From contig JAPETS010000004.1 in assembly GCA_026023565.1 (NCBI GenBank), forward strand, positions 868,001 to 932,000: a stretch of 64,000 nucleotides of DNA, written 5' to 3'. The position numbers and the translations under genes were made by a program. This stretch comes from Cirrosporium novae-zelandiae (Eukaryota). Below are positions 38,352-50,138 of this stretch, one piece after another (position 1 is the first letter of the stretch; each line of letters starts with the position of its first letter). Below the pieces are notes generated by a model. The model was not told the DNA's origin. It saw only the letters and a list, made by a program, of their open reading frames with translations, and searched no databases.

Positions 38352-38769
38352 GATAATTGGAATTGGGGTTTTGGTATGTGGGTGTGTGGGTTGGAAGAAG
38401 ATAGGTATTCTGCAAGTAGTTTTTTTAGCTTTAGACAGGCAAGTTAAAAAAAATTAGTGATCGGTGAAATTTGTTCCGCACTAAGCATTAATTTCATTGG
38501 TCGCTTTAGCTAGCCCCGGGGTGGTTAGTCTTGATTATCTAGGACTTATCATTTTTCATTGCAACTTCGAGCATTTCTAAGCTCCAGTTATCCAGTTATA
38601 TGGGCTATTTTGTACTTCGTCCCTTATAACCCCGGAATTGCATGGGTTGAGGGCTTTCTGGTAAGTTCAAAATATATATTCAACTGGACCATTTTCTTTA
38701 ACAGCCTAGCCAATGATAGTATCATAGGCCACGGTTGTTCCGCATTACACACTCCGCTCTAAGCCGCAA

Positions 38770-39705
38770 ATGCTTTCTACAATGGCGTCAGAATCGCTAT
38801 CACGCTCTTCCCAAATACTCTGCCGGCCTTGCTTCAGTGTCTTGCGGTCCAATCGATCATTTTCTTCAACTGCTGCTACACTTGCAAAAGGACCCGAATC
38901 TCCTGATTTCGTTTATGTCCCTCAATCATTGCAACAAGATGCTCCCCAATTACCTCATGTCAAAGGATTCCTACCTGTTCCCCGGAAGCTTTTCTCACGG
39001 CGAAGAGTAGACAAGCCTTCGGCTGCATATCTAATGGCAGCAACCAAGGAGCCCTCGAAACACACCCGCCTATCTGATACAGAGTCTGAGAAGGATTACA
39101 GGACTTGGAAGCGGCGCATGGCAACTATGCGAAGGCAGAATCTACGAGAAGGCCTCATTGAGCTTTTCAACCGCAAAATAGAAATTGATAAGAAAGTCGC
39201 CGCTAGGGGTGAACGAAGGCAGGCTCAGCGGGAGCACAGCCTCTATAAGCCATTGCCACGGAATGTAAAATATACAAGACCGAGCATTCCTCCGGCGCTG
39301 TTGCAATCAAGCGGGATCGTACCCGATCCCAATAGAGATGAACGTATTGCTTCCAGAAGGGAGAACGTTGAGGACGCACAAACAGAGAAGCAGGACGAAA
39401 GGCAAGAGGCCCTGCATTCTCTTTACATGAATGCACGAAATTTTATTACCAGCGAAGCCCAGTTGGATAGTGAGATTGAAAGGGTTTTTGGGCCATGGGA
39501 ACTTGGCTCAAATCCTGACTGGAGTGATGATGTTTCCACAGGCCGGAATATATGGAACATGGGAACCCAACCAACTGTCCAAAAATTGTTATCAGAAGTG
39601 AGCAAATCTGGCTCAAATGTATTGTCGGCCAACATCGGCGATGCTAGAATTACAAGGGGGAGGGTGAGAAAGATCGAGGAGGAGTTAACCGGTGGAAAGC
39701 TATGA
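38770..39705 (+). CDS. Probable mitochondrial small-subunit ribosomal protein (mS26/PET123-like), intronless
   Basis: Arg/Ser-rich presequence (RSFSSTAATL), GPESPDFV.VP, WKRRMATMRRQNLREGLIEL, EALHSLYMNARNFITSE, IEEELTGGKL. Confidence 0.65.
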   Translation: MLSTMASESLSRSSQILCRPCFSVLRSNRSFSSTAATLAKGPESPDFVYVPQSLQQDAPQLPHVKGFLPVPRKLFSRRRVDKPSAAYLMAATKEPSKHTRLSDTESEKDYRTWKRRMATMRRQNLREGLIELFNRKIEIDKKVAARGERRQAQREHSLYKPLPRNVKYTRPSIPPALLQSSGIVPDPNRDERIASRRENVEDAQTEKQDERQEALHSLYMNARNFITSEAQLDSEIERVFGPWELGSNPDWSDDVSTGRNIWNMGTQPTVQKLLSEVSKSGSNVLSANIGDARITRGRVRKIEEELTGGKL

Positions 39706-40310
39706 GATATTGCGGGACTGTTGTACTGTACAAATATGGTCTGGAATCCCATCAGGGAAAATTGTGTTTCAATGAATTTGCTCCGAACTTCGACCAACTA
39801 TTGGGAGAGCTTACAGCAGATCTAAATACAGAGGAAACAGAAAATACGTTTCGTTCCTTCATCATCTTTCAAATCTTATGCCGTTTCAAGTGAAGAGCAT
39901 GCCTCCAAGGGTTGAGTAATAGTATGTCTTCCGGATAAAGATTCCAATTCCATGTGATTAATACCTTTTCACTATCATGAGAAAAGTTCATTGGTTTCTA
40001 TAACGGCTGAGAACCGGAGACTTCTAGCTACCTTCTCCGTTATTGTATTGTATAACCCGCTTTCAAAGTCAAGGAGAGCAGGTGTGTTGAGTCTTTATGA
40101 TTTCAAAAGCTTGACTGCAACTTACCTAGGTATATTCTCTTTATCCAAACACAGTTGCTCCTTCTAGGAAGTCTGTATACTCTGCTAAAAAGGAATAGAT
40201 TATGACGTTTAATCAAGAACGAGGGGGGGAACTATGCATTCATATGCCCGTAATAACTGCAAAATTATGCGACTTCACCACCCCAGGTTGTTACAGCCCA
40301 AGATCTTACT

Positions 40311-40360
40311 CTTTCCTACCTACCTAAGTACCTACCTACCTACCTACCTACCTACCTAGG
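40311..40360. repeat. (CCTA)n microsatellite
   Basis: Direct reading of the sequence. Confidence 0.9.
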
Positions 40361-40698
40361 TATGTTAACCTCAAGTTTGTTTACCTTGTTGCTACTATGA
40401 AGCCTTGAGCAATCTAGGGGTGGATGGGTGTATGGTCTCTATACGCTCCTTCTTTAGATGGTAACCTAGACAGCAGACTCGCCTTCCTCTGTCCACCAAG
40501 GTTTAGAAAAATAGTATTTATTTGCCTACCTCGCCCTTTTCTTCTCTCTCTTTTCTTTCATTCTCATCAACCCCATTATCCTACAACATTCACTTCATTA
40601 CCTACAATTATATCCTTTGACAAGCCTATACCATAGCTTTAATTTCCTATACACTTGCTATTACCTCACTCAGCTTCCAAAGCTTTAAAATATTCACC

Positions 40699-42623
40699 AT
40701 GAAGACTTTCTCGCTTCTTTGCCTCACTTTCATCAGCTCCGTCAACGCTCTCCCCCCTAGAACTGGACCCTGCTGTTTTCACATATCTGCTAATGGAGGT
40801 GTATCTGGCATTCTTGGTCAGCTTTCTGATGGCCAGAATCGTGTTGGAGGTCACTTGCCAGAAGGTCAATTCTGTATCGACTCTAGCGGGGGGCTTACCG
40901 ATTCTCATGGCCGAGGCTGCATCATTGCTGGTGAGTTAGCAAAGCTTGTCAACAGTTGACCCTTGGCTAATATATATTCTTGCTCAGGTCCTGAAACACA
41001 GTTCCAGTGTGACGAAGGGAAAAAGCCTATGGGCGGATTCTCTATTAGCTATGGCAACATCGTCTCGTACAATGGGAACTCTAGCTTCACGGCTTGTGCC
41101 ACTGGACAGAACGATGAGGAAAATATCTATATTTACGGTCCTGAAGGTGCTGGCCCAGCCTGCAAACCTATCGGATTGACAGCCTCCGGGTGTAATTTCC
41201 CTTATGGTCATCCGAAGCCACCAGGACATTCCTACTCCTTCAGTTCAGCTTACTCAACCTCTTATCCCGAAAACCATTGGCCAAAGCCTTCTGAGTCAGG
41301 ATCTGGTGGTTCCGGTACCTTTGATCATCCTTGGCCGACATCATCTTACCCAGTGAACTCAGCACATTCATCTGGCTCTTCGTTCCCATTTGGTAGTAAT
41401 GGACCAAGACCTTCCGAGGAGACCTCATGTCACTCGTGCGCATCTAACCATTGGCCTATGCCAACGAGACCTGTGTCAACGAGATCTGTGCCAACAATGC
41501 TCCCTTCAGGACATTTTCCCTTTGGTCATTCTTGTCCATACGGCCAATCCTGCCAGTCTGGCCATCCGGGATCCTCTAGTCATTGGTCGATGTTTCCCAC
41601 ACCAACTTCAGCATATGGTTCCTCGGGGTCTGAATCAGGGTATGGTTCGGGATACGGTTCGGGATATGGTTCAGGACACAGCCCCTCTGGATACTCTTAT
41701 TCGGCTAGTCATCCGTGGATACTCCCTACACCAACTTCAGCGTATTGTGCCTCGGGATACGGGTTTTCAGGACACGGCCCTTTAACGTATTACTCCTATT
41801 CATCTAATCGTTGGTGGATACTCCCTACGCCAACCTCAGGGCACGGTCCTTCCGGGTACGGTTCTTCGGGGCACAACTCTTTAGGGTACTCCTATTCGTC
41901 CAGCCGTCAGCCGATGTTTTCTATGCCAAGTTCGGGGTACGGTTCCTCGGGTTACGGCTCAGGGTACGGTTCGGGATACGGTTCCTCAGGGAACTCCTAC
42001 TCGTCTAGTTATCGGCCTCCAAAGCCAACCTCTGCATCGATTGAATCAGCAACAGAAATGCCATCACAGACTTCCTGCGCTGAAAATCTGAATGACAAGT
42101 TGAATAGCAACTGGACATTCCCCCATTTAATTATGCCAGTCAATTCTTCGCATCCTTCCCAGGTGTACGGCACGTCTTTTTTCGGTGAAGTGTCCTCCAC
42201 AACATCATCTCTATTCAATTTCGATATTCCAGAATCGTATGCAGGAAAGACATGCTCACTAATTTTCCTCTTTCCTGAAGAGTCAGAGCTCCACACTTCT
42301 TCCTTTGAATTCCATGGTGCTGGTGATGTCGAGTTTTGTCCGCTTGTCAGCCCAGCAGACGGGCACAAAACTTCCTATAGCAATGCACCAGCTTGCTTTA
42401 AAAGCTTCGGATCCTTCAAACTGGTCCCAGGCAATTCCTACGTCATTTCAAGCCATGCTTGCCCAGCTGGTAAGAAAGTTGGGTTCCGGATGAGTAGTTC
42501 GGATACGTGCTACTTGAAGTACTTCCAAGATTTCAATCTTTCTCCGTAAGTCTATGCCATGTTTTACAAGTCATTGGTGACTAACTAAGCAACAGAATGG
42601 GCTTGTACGTCACTGCCTGCTAA
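40699..42623 (+). CDS. Secreted cell-wall protein with C-terminal But2-like domain and Ser/Gly/Pro/Tyr-rich repeats; 3 exons
   Basis: Signal peptide; CCFHISANGG..GQLSDGQNRVGG..GRGCI..TQFQCD; C-terminal FPHLI.P, SSLFNFDIP...CSLIFLFP, PGNSYVI...CPAG, YFQDFN..MGLYVTAC*. Confidence 0.85.
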
Positions 42624-43936
42624 TATTGTTAGTATTGGATAAGAGAACTGCTGGGGAATTCAAATAGAACGATTAAATGCTCGAAGAAAATGGCGATGGC
42701 AAACAGTGAGGGGGGGAACAAGGAATGGTACGGAATAAGAAGGCTGAAAGATGATGGTTCTGGTCCACTCGAAAACTGTGTTAGCAATGGCACGTCTACC
42801 TACATTAACATAGAATTAGTCCTAATATTATTCTTAACAAAATATTTGCATACAACTGGCTGTTGACAGTAGTATATACCTAGGCATCTAAAGAGTATAT
42901 TAATTCATTCAAGGGTAAAAGCAGTATCTAAGACCTATCCAATCCCGTAGACAAAGAATCCAACAAGGTATAAATGGTTCTATGACGAAGAACCATGGCT
43001 ATGTATTTAGAAAGACAGATTTTTCATGGGCTAGACTGGGATAGAAGCAGTAAAGATAGGCTTTTGGAAAGTACAAAGAAGATGCTCGAGTAGGAAGTAG
43101 ATGGAAGCAAAACCGCTTACTTTCATAGATAATCTATAATAGTCCGTTAATATCTCCAAAGTCCGGAACAAGTCCGAAGAGAGTGATATCATCACAAGCA
43201 ATGATTATGTAATTCTGCAAAAGGTCTAGAAGTCCGTAACCTAAGGTCATCGACAATTCCATTGGCGACAGCGACCTCGGAGAAGTATTGAGAGATTCCA
43301 ACGAATCCAGTACCTGCAACGACAACACAGTGATCGAGTCTCAATTCTCATACGATGACTGATGGGTGGTAGTCATCAAAGCATTTTGCACCTATGTAAC
43401 AATTTCCCGTTGTCTCTATCGTTGCCAGAGGGAGATTTTGGTCCGATTGTTTGCTGTGTTCCCCACTGCACCAACGGTTGGGAGCTGATATAACCGGGAC
43501 CAGTACGAAGGTCAGGAAATGTCAAGAAACGTCATGAGAAGCGAGGCTGTGGGATGCAATTACTCTATGAGGGCTAACAAAATGCGCCATTGTAATTATT
43601 TCCAGCCTATACTCCGGAGACAAAGCGGCGGCAGAAATGGCTCGCTGTAACGTGACGGGTTGCTTGTGAGTCATTAAATGGACCTTGGATGGGTGAAGAG
43701 ATGAGATATAAAGATGGCTACAGCAACGAGGTAGTTTTTCTATTGAAATAATATCAAGCTACAAACCTTCAACCTTTTTTATATCGAGACAGCGATAATC
43801 TCCACGAGAACCAGAACGATTAAAGCAACCAAAGGAACCAAAAGGCCCAACCCACCAACAGCAGCTCGCATCGTCCTATATTTCTCCGACTTCTTCCGCC
43901 GCCGTCTCTTTTTCGTCCCGATCCCTACCGACTAGC

Positions 43937-44284
43937 ATGGCCTCTACTTTGTCGTCCACCCCAAATCTCTCCATGGATTCCTTATCCTCCATCCAGACAG
44001 GCTTCTCCACCCCTCCTGGCTCCCCCTCCCCTGCCTCTCCTACGCTCCACTCCGACCGACGAGCCTCTGACTCCCCATCTTCAAATGTGATCCGCCAGAT
44101 CATCCGCCTACATGAGCAAGGACTTTCTGAAGATGATATTTCCTCTTTCCTCGAATCCGGAACTGATGGGTCCCATGAGACCGAAGGATACCTCACCTTG
44201 GCTCCAGCGACATCGGAGCACAAGAAGGGGATGAGTCATGAGGACAATGAGAAAAATTCACTGAAGGTCAGTACGCCCAGATAG
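43937..44284 (+). CDS. Small hypothetical Ser/Pro-rich protein
   Basis: 115-aa ORF with coding-like GC content downstream of TATAAA at ~43708; no recognisable domain. Confidence 0.35.
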   Translation: MASTLSSTPNLSMDSLSSIQTGFSTPPGSPSPASPTLHSDRRASDSPSSNVIRQIIRLHEQGLSEDDISSFLESGTDGSHETEGYLTLAPATSEHKKGMSHEDNEKNSLKVSTPR

Positions 44285-44346
44285 TTGGAGTAATAAATTT
44301 TTTTTGTTGGTTGGTGGAATATAAGACCTTACGAGCAGTGGTTACA

Positions 44347-44785
44347 ATGATACCTCGCTATTCCGCCAAGCTTTTACCCTTATCAATAGCTTTGGTTACT
44401 TTTACCGCATTACATTTACTGATAGTAACTCAGGCTACTACAATTACCCAATCACAAGAGTCACAACTGGTCAACCCTGAACCGGAAGCTCCTTCGTCAC
44501 CATTATTCCATCGTAGGGAGCCACGCGATGTAAGTATATCCATTGCTCTCCCATCCAATTGTCTTCGTCCCCACCCTCCACACCATACTATAATCTAAGC
44601 TAAGAAGATTTTATTCGCCATTAACCATCTAAAACGAAGAAAATTCTTGCTCTTCTATTGCCATACTAACCAATATTTTTTTCCCATCACAGAGCTTTGT
44701 TCCCAACGCAAAAGTGTCCATGAACACAGTCCTCCGTTCCGGAACCAGCTTGTCCGCACCCAGTGGATGGATCAGGGTTAACTGA
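44347..44785 (+). CDS. Putative small secreted pro-peptide (91 aa); intron 44530-44692
   Basis: Hydrophobic N-terminus, acidic/Pro spacer, HRR|EP dibasic site. Intron with GTAAGT donor, TACTAAC branch point and CAG acceptor splices in frame. Confidence 0.55.
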
Positions 44786-46196
44786 GGGAGCCATCATGGC
44801 TTCGCTCAATAGTCTCATCACATACCTATTCAACCTCGACCCACCTACTTGCACACACTACACATCATACTATCCTACCTACCTACCCCTACCTACCTAT
44901 GCACTACACGCCCATTTGCATACACACTACATCGTCATCATATTTTATCTAATTTGCCTCATGGCTTAATGCCTTATGCTTCGCTTCTTTCGTGTTTATG
45001 TATAAGCGTTTCTTCTGCAGATGACCTTCAACTTCATTGTGCCCCTCGTACTGAACGTACGCAGTGGGAACGCTAGGTTCCTTGATGGTATCTTTTACAG
45101 AGAACTAGTACAAAAAAAAGAGAAATTCAGAAAAGATAGGAATGGAAGAAAAATAATCTACTGGGGAATGTAGACCTTATGGAGGTCTAGATTGATCCTC
45201 ATGACTTACGAACAGAAGGAGAAAATGGAGAGAGGGGGTGGTACGATATCAAAAGTCCAAAACAAGAAAAATACAGAAAAGAGGGGGGGGGAGGTTGGCG
45301 GTATGGACATCCTCAACAGCAGTCCATCCGATTTCAATCTCGATCAAACAGACAGACAGACGAACATCCACACTCTGGCGCCAACAGGACAGGCATCGTT
45401 TTATTTTGGCTTCTTTGTTTGCACTCGACTCCGTTCGACTCGACTTGACTTCTATCTACATACAACGTAGCCAGGCCAACCGGATGGAAGAGGAAATATG
45501 GATATGAGACGACGGCCATTGCCAATGTTATGTACGTAGCATAGAGCAGAAACCCACCAGGTGCAGAGAGGGGGAGCAATAAAAGTTTAAGAATCAAATC
45601 CCTTGAATTTTAGTTCCTCGAGTGTGATCGTAGATTCTTGGTAGGAAGTAACTCTCACGGACTGTGATCTCAATATTTAGAATCTGCTTCCTTTTCGACA
45701 ATGATATGCTCTATAAAATAGAGATTATAAAAATTTCTTAGAATTGGATTTCTGTCACTTGGCCGTAGACCCTAGAACCTAAGGCAGTAGTGGTCCCAAT
45801 CCCCTTCTCAATCAGTCTAATAGCTGACAAGGCGCTTCATCCATGGAAATCCGTGATGATAATAGTTGTGGTAGTAGCAACGCCCAGCTTACTATAGGCA
45901 CCTACCGATACATATGAAAGAGAATGGGCAACTTGTGAAATGACACATCTCTCTTCCATCAAACTCCCCCCGTTCTTTTCTCCACCTTTCGTTTCAAACT
46001 TAGGTGTCAGCTTGTCTGTAGCTGCTTGCAGGTTGATAGAGCGGCGAGAGGATGGATGGATGAATTGGGTGGATGTGGATTGGATACACTCGTGTTTAAA
46101 ACAGCAAGCACGGAGGATAAAGACGAAAAAAAAAAAAGGATGGAACGATCGTGCGATGGTCTGTCTCTGTGAGTAATGCCTAAGTGAGAATTTTTA

Positions 46197-46282
46197 ATGG
46201 ATTGGATGGATTGGATGGATTGGATGGATTGGATGGATTGGGATGGATGGATGGCTTCGCGGCTGGCTGGCTGGCTGGATGG
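46197..46282. repeat. (ATGGATTGG)n / (GGAT)n / (GGCT)n compound microsatellite
   Basis: Direct reading of the sequence. Confidence 0.9.
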
Positions 46283-46836
46283 ATTGATTTCCTGCTCAGG
46301 TTTTTTTTTGCTTGGGGCTTTCTTTTTAGTAGTCGGCAGCACATACTCCTTGATGTATAGCTTAGTATTTATAGCTTAACTTTTTTCTTTCTTTTTCTTT
46401 TTTCGCTACTTGGTGGTTACTCCACACACCACACACACCCCACCACCTACCTACAACAACAATAACGGTTAACACATGATAATTTATTTATTATTAATCG
46501 AAATCAAAACAAGGCAAAGGGAAATAAAACCGCTCTTGATGGGCTTCATATGAATAAATGTATCTTACCGGGTTTTTTGGGGGTTGGTGCTCCACCCTTT
46601 CAACAACGTAGGATACCTGAGCTACCTAGCTACCCAGCTACTTTACTCGACACACTACGAGTACAGTAAATTCCCCATCCATCACACACATCCCATATCA
46701 CATCATAACTCCTCATTTGAGTACGTTACGTATGTAGGTAGGTATGTATATATGTATGTAATATGCTGTGTTACTATAAATGTGTCCAAAAGCCCTCCCC
46801 CAAAAAAGCATGCTTGAATGATTGGACAACGTAGAA

Positions 46837-46910
46837 AGCACAGAGCACAGAGCACAGAGCAACAGAGCAATAGAGCAATAGAGCAATAGAGCAATAGAGC
46901 AATAGAGCAA
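46837..46910. repeat. (AGAGCAC)n / (AGAGCAAT)n minisatellite
   Basis: Direct reading of the sequence. Confidence 0.9.
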
Positions 46911-48255
46911 GCGCGCCCTCTTACATAGGTAGCATAGCACCCACCACACGCTCCTCTCTCTTTTCCCCACATCATTTCTACTGATGGTAGATGGTAGAGA
47001 AGAACACAAATACCAGTGTGACCAATCACTAGCGCTCTCAGGAATCGAACCCAACCTGGTATTTGTAGCGTCCGACAGGTAGATGGTATAGCTGCAGCCT
47101 TAATTTTCACCAACCTCCCCTCCCCTCCTTCCCTCTCCATTCTCAGACCATATTTTTCTTCTTTCTTTCTTTCTTTCTTTTCTCAGACCATACTTGCATT
47201 ACATACCACACACAGCTTAAACTTCAGACCCATCTTTTGAGCGAATTATCCAAGGCCCCTGGTCAGTCAGTTCGGTTTATACGGGTTGGAAGGCCAGACA
47301 TGTGGAAATGGACTTTAATTTGACTGTATGCCTCAGGCAAAAGCATAATTGGTTAGGTTGAGTGGGTTTTAAACTACATGTAATTAGTTAATTAATTAGC
47401 AAACCGTTTTGTTTGGAAAACTTTTGTTAGGAAGTAAGCGAGTGAGCGAGTGAGCGAGTTGTGCACGGGAGGGAGGAAACTTTTTTCTGTTAATTAGATT
47501 GCATAATTAATTGTGAAAGAGGGATGATTAAGTAGCGCTAGGTAGGTAGGTAGGTAGGTAGGCTGGCTTAGATTTTTTTTTTTCGTTCATCAACACAGTT
47601 GTGATTGATTTTCTATCATGCCATGCCATTTTTTATTTTATTTAATAATATATATAGGGAGTGAAAAACACTTAAAACTACAAAAAACCTCAAGAAAGGA
47701 AGAAGAAGCTGTAGACAGACACATTGTTAAGGATAAAGGGTTAAAGATTAAGATCCCCCTCCCCCTCCCCCTCCCCTCAAGTGAAGAACTAGTGGTTATT
47801 ATATTCATTAACTCCTCTTCTTCAAACCCCCTTTTTGTTGGCCCCTTTCTATGGATATTGGAAATTATATCCTTTTCGACAACATATATATACACACATA
47901 CATGTTGCCTTATTCTAGATAGATACTCGGCACACACGCAATGCATGCATGTATGGGTAAGGAATAGGAATAGGAATAGGAGTAGGAGTAGGAGTATATT
48001 ATATAACCTTTTACAAACATAAATCGAACTGCGGATAATTAAATAGTTATATTCCCCGCGTCATTGCGCCAAGCACACAACGAACGACGACGACGCAAAG
48101 AACCTTTTATATATCCGCAATTATTTCTTTACGAAAGAAGAAGAAAAAAACTCTTTAGTTAGTAATCTATTGCATAGATATTCTATATTCCCCCCTATCG
48201 GCGATGAAGGCTTTTGCTTATCCCAGATTGGAGATGATAAGGGGAAAGGCTGTAC

Positions 48256-48295
48256 GTATGTATGTATGTATGTATGTATGTATGTATGTATGTAG
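48256..48295. repeat. (GTAT)n microsatellite
   Basis: Direct reading of the sequence. Confidence 0.9.
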
Positions 48296-49513
48296 GCCTA
48301 GCTGTATGCGAACACATTGTTGATATTCTTCTTGCCTCAAGTAATCACTAAATAGATCTTAAAAAAATAAGCTCTTGTATTTCATATTTCTGTCTTTGTA
48401 TTTTTGTTATTCCTTTGAACCTTTTCCCTTTACATCAATATCCTTCTCAACTCTTTGTGAACTTTCGGAAAGCTCATCAGGATGTCCCATGAGAAGATAC
48501 GGTCCGAAGGCTCGAAGGGGCATGTTTATTGTACTGTAAATGGACAGAGAGTGTATCGGCGAACGGATGGACAGTAACGAGAGCTCTGCTGCGGGCAGTC
48601 AAGCACAGTCTATCCATTCCGACCCTCACTATAGCCAGCGACGCTTGGCACTGATAGGAGCAGCCACTTATCCTTCCCGCTCAGGGTATAGTGAAACGCA
48701 CCAGCGGTACACTTCCAGTATTCTCCCAGGCAAGTTTGGGGACCGAGTTAGTCAAGGGAGTGATCCAACCCTGTCCGCGCGTAAGGAAACTAGCATGCTT
48801 AAAATTAATCAATATACTGACAAAATTTAAAGGCCAATATGATCCCTATAGAGAAGCTTTAAATAACTCTGAACCCCCAAGCAAAACCAAAATGGGTCGG
48901 TTGTATAATGGGTACAAGCCTCAAGAGGAAAGTGCTGTACAAGCAGGGGAGGTTTATAAATATAGGGTGAAGACATCAAAGGTCGCCAAGTCAGATATCA
49001 AGAAAGATAAGGAATCAGCAAAGCGTGATGGAACACCACGAAAATACAATGGAGATCCTTTATAGACTAGGGAATGGCACCAAGAAACTGCTCAGTACGC
49101 CAACACGGTAGCGGAAGGTTTTAAAGGGTAAGTGAAGACTAGTGTCTTGCCATGTTTACAAGAACTAACAGGATCACAAGGCGGAGCAAATGCGCCGGGA
49201 AATGGGAGAAAATTTCATTGGTTATGATACTCAGAATGGTGCTAAGGGTCACAAAGAACGCATGGGGAGAATGGGAAGCAAGGGAGCAAAGTTCGCCGCA
49301 AAGCACCAAGGTCATATGTACTCGCACGGCACACCTGAATAAGGGATCATAAGGAGGCTCCTCGTCAGTAGTTGTTCCTTAAGGACAATCATCAACACGC
49401 GGAACGTACCGACTCCTATAACCCTAGCACAATAGGTGTAAGTCTTCGTTTATTGACGAGACCAGACGAATGTTTAATCGATTGGGGAAAAGAATAATAA
49501 TATACCGATATTA

Positions 49514-49598
49514 AGGTGATTTACGCACTGCATCATGCTCAATATAATATGCAATACTAGGTTGCTCAGTAACCCAGTCACCTTTTGATAACTTACCA
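49514..49598 (-). mobile_element. ~85-bp solo-LTR-like / miniature element, copy 2, flanked by 5-bp TSD TATTA
   Basis: Reverse complement TGGTAAGTTATCAAAAGGTGACTG..GGTTACTGAGCAACCTAGTATTGCATATTATATTGAGC..TGCGTAAATCACC aligns with 3897-3989. TATTA at 49509-49513 and 49599-49603. Confidence 0.75.
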
Positions 49599-50138
49599 TA
49601 TTAAGCCCCCTTTTAAGTCTTTGATAGTCAGAGAATCGGCTTGCATTTTAATAGACTCCACCTAGAGATAAGATGAATTGAGTTTTTTTATAACGTCTAG
49701 GATATGGGCTCAGTAAGGCATAAATATAGGGGGTATAACTGGTGTGAATATCGTTGACTGAGGTCTAGAATCTAAGGTGCAAGCTCAGGGGGCGACATAA
49801 TTGAGAAACGACGATATGAAGCTTACACTGTAATATGTCGTAGACTAGAGAGGAAGACTAAAAGATATAAGTAATTGAATATATACTATTTCAAAGTCTC
49901 GATATTGCATCCTAGTGGGGGGTAGGCAACACATCGCATGCGATTTTTTTGATAAGGCATTCGCATTGGAATGCTGCTAAGCCAGGCAGAGAGCCGGTTT
50001 TCACTCTTCCTGGCAGAGCCCATCCTGGATTCCACTGTCTTCGTGGATCATGATTTGGCATTTTCACGAAACGGGCCGGCTAGGGGATGTCGCAAGGGAG
50101 GATCGGTGTTTTCTGTATCAATGACTATACTTTCTAGC

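Noticed and set aside
46197..46379. ORF MDWMDWMDW... and other repetitive ORFs at 46.0-48.0 kb
   Set aside because: These are translations of microsatellites, not repeat-peptide precursors.
47030..47100. B-box/T-arm-like GGTTCGATTCC on the minus strand (possible tRNA)
   Set aside because: No matching acceptor stem, D-arm or A-box could be built.
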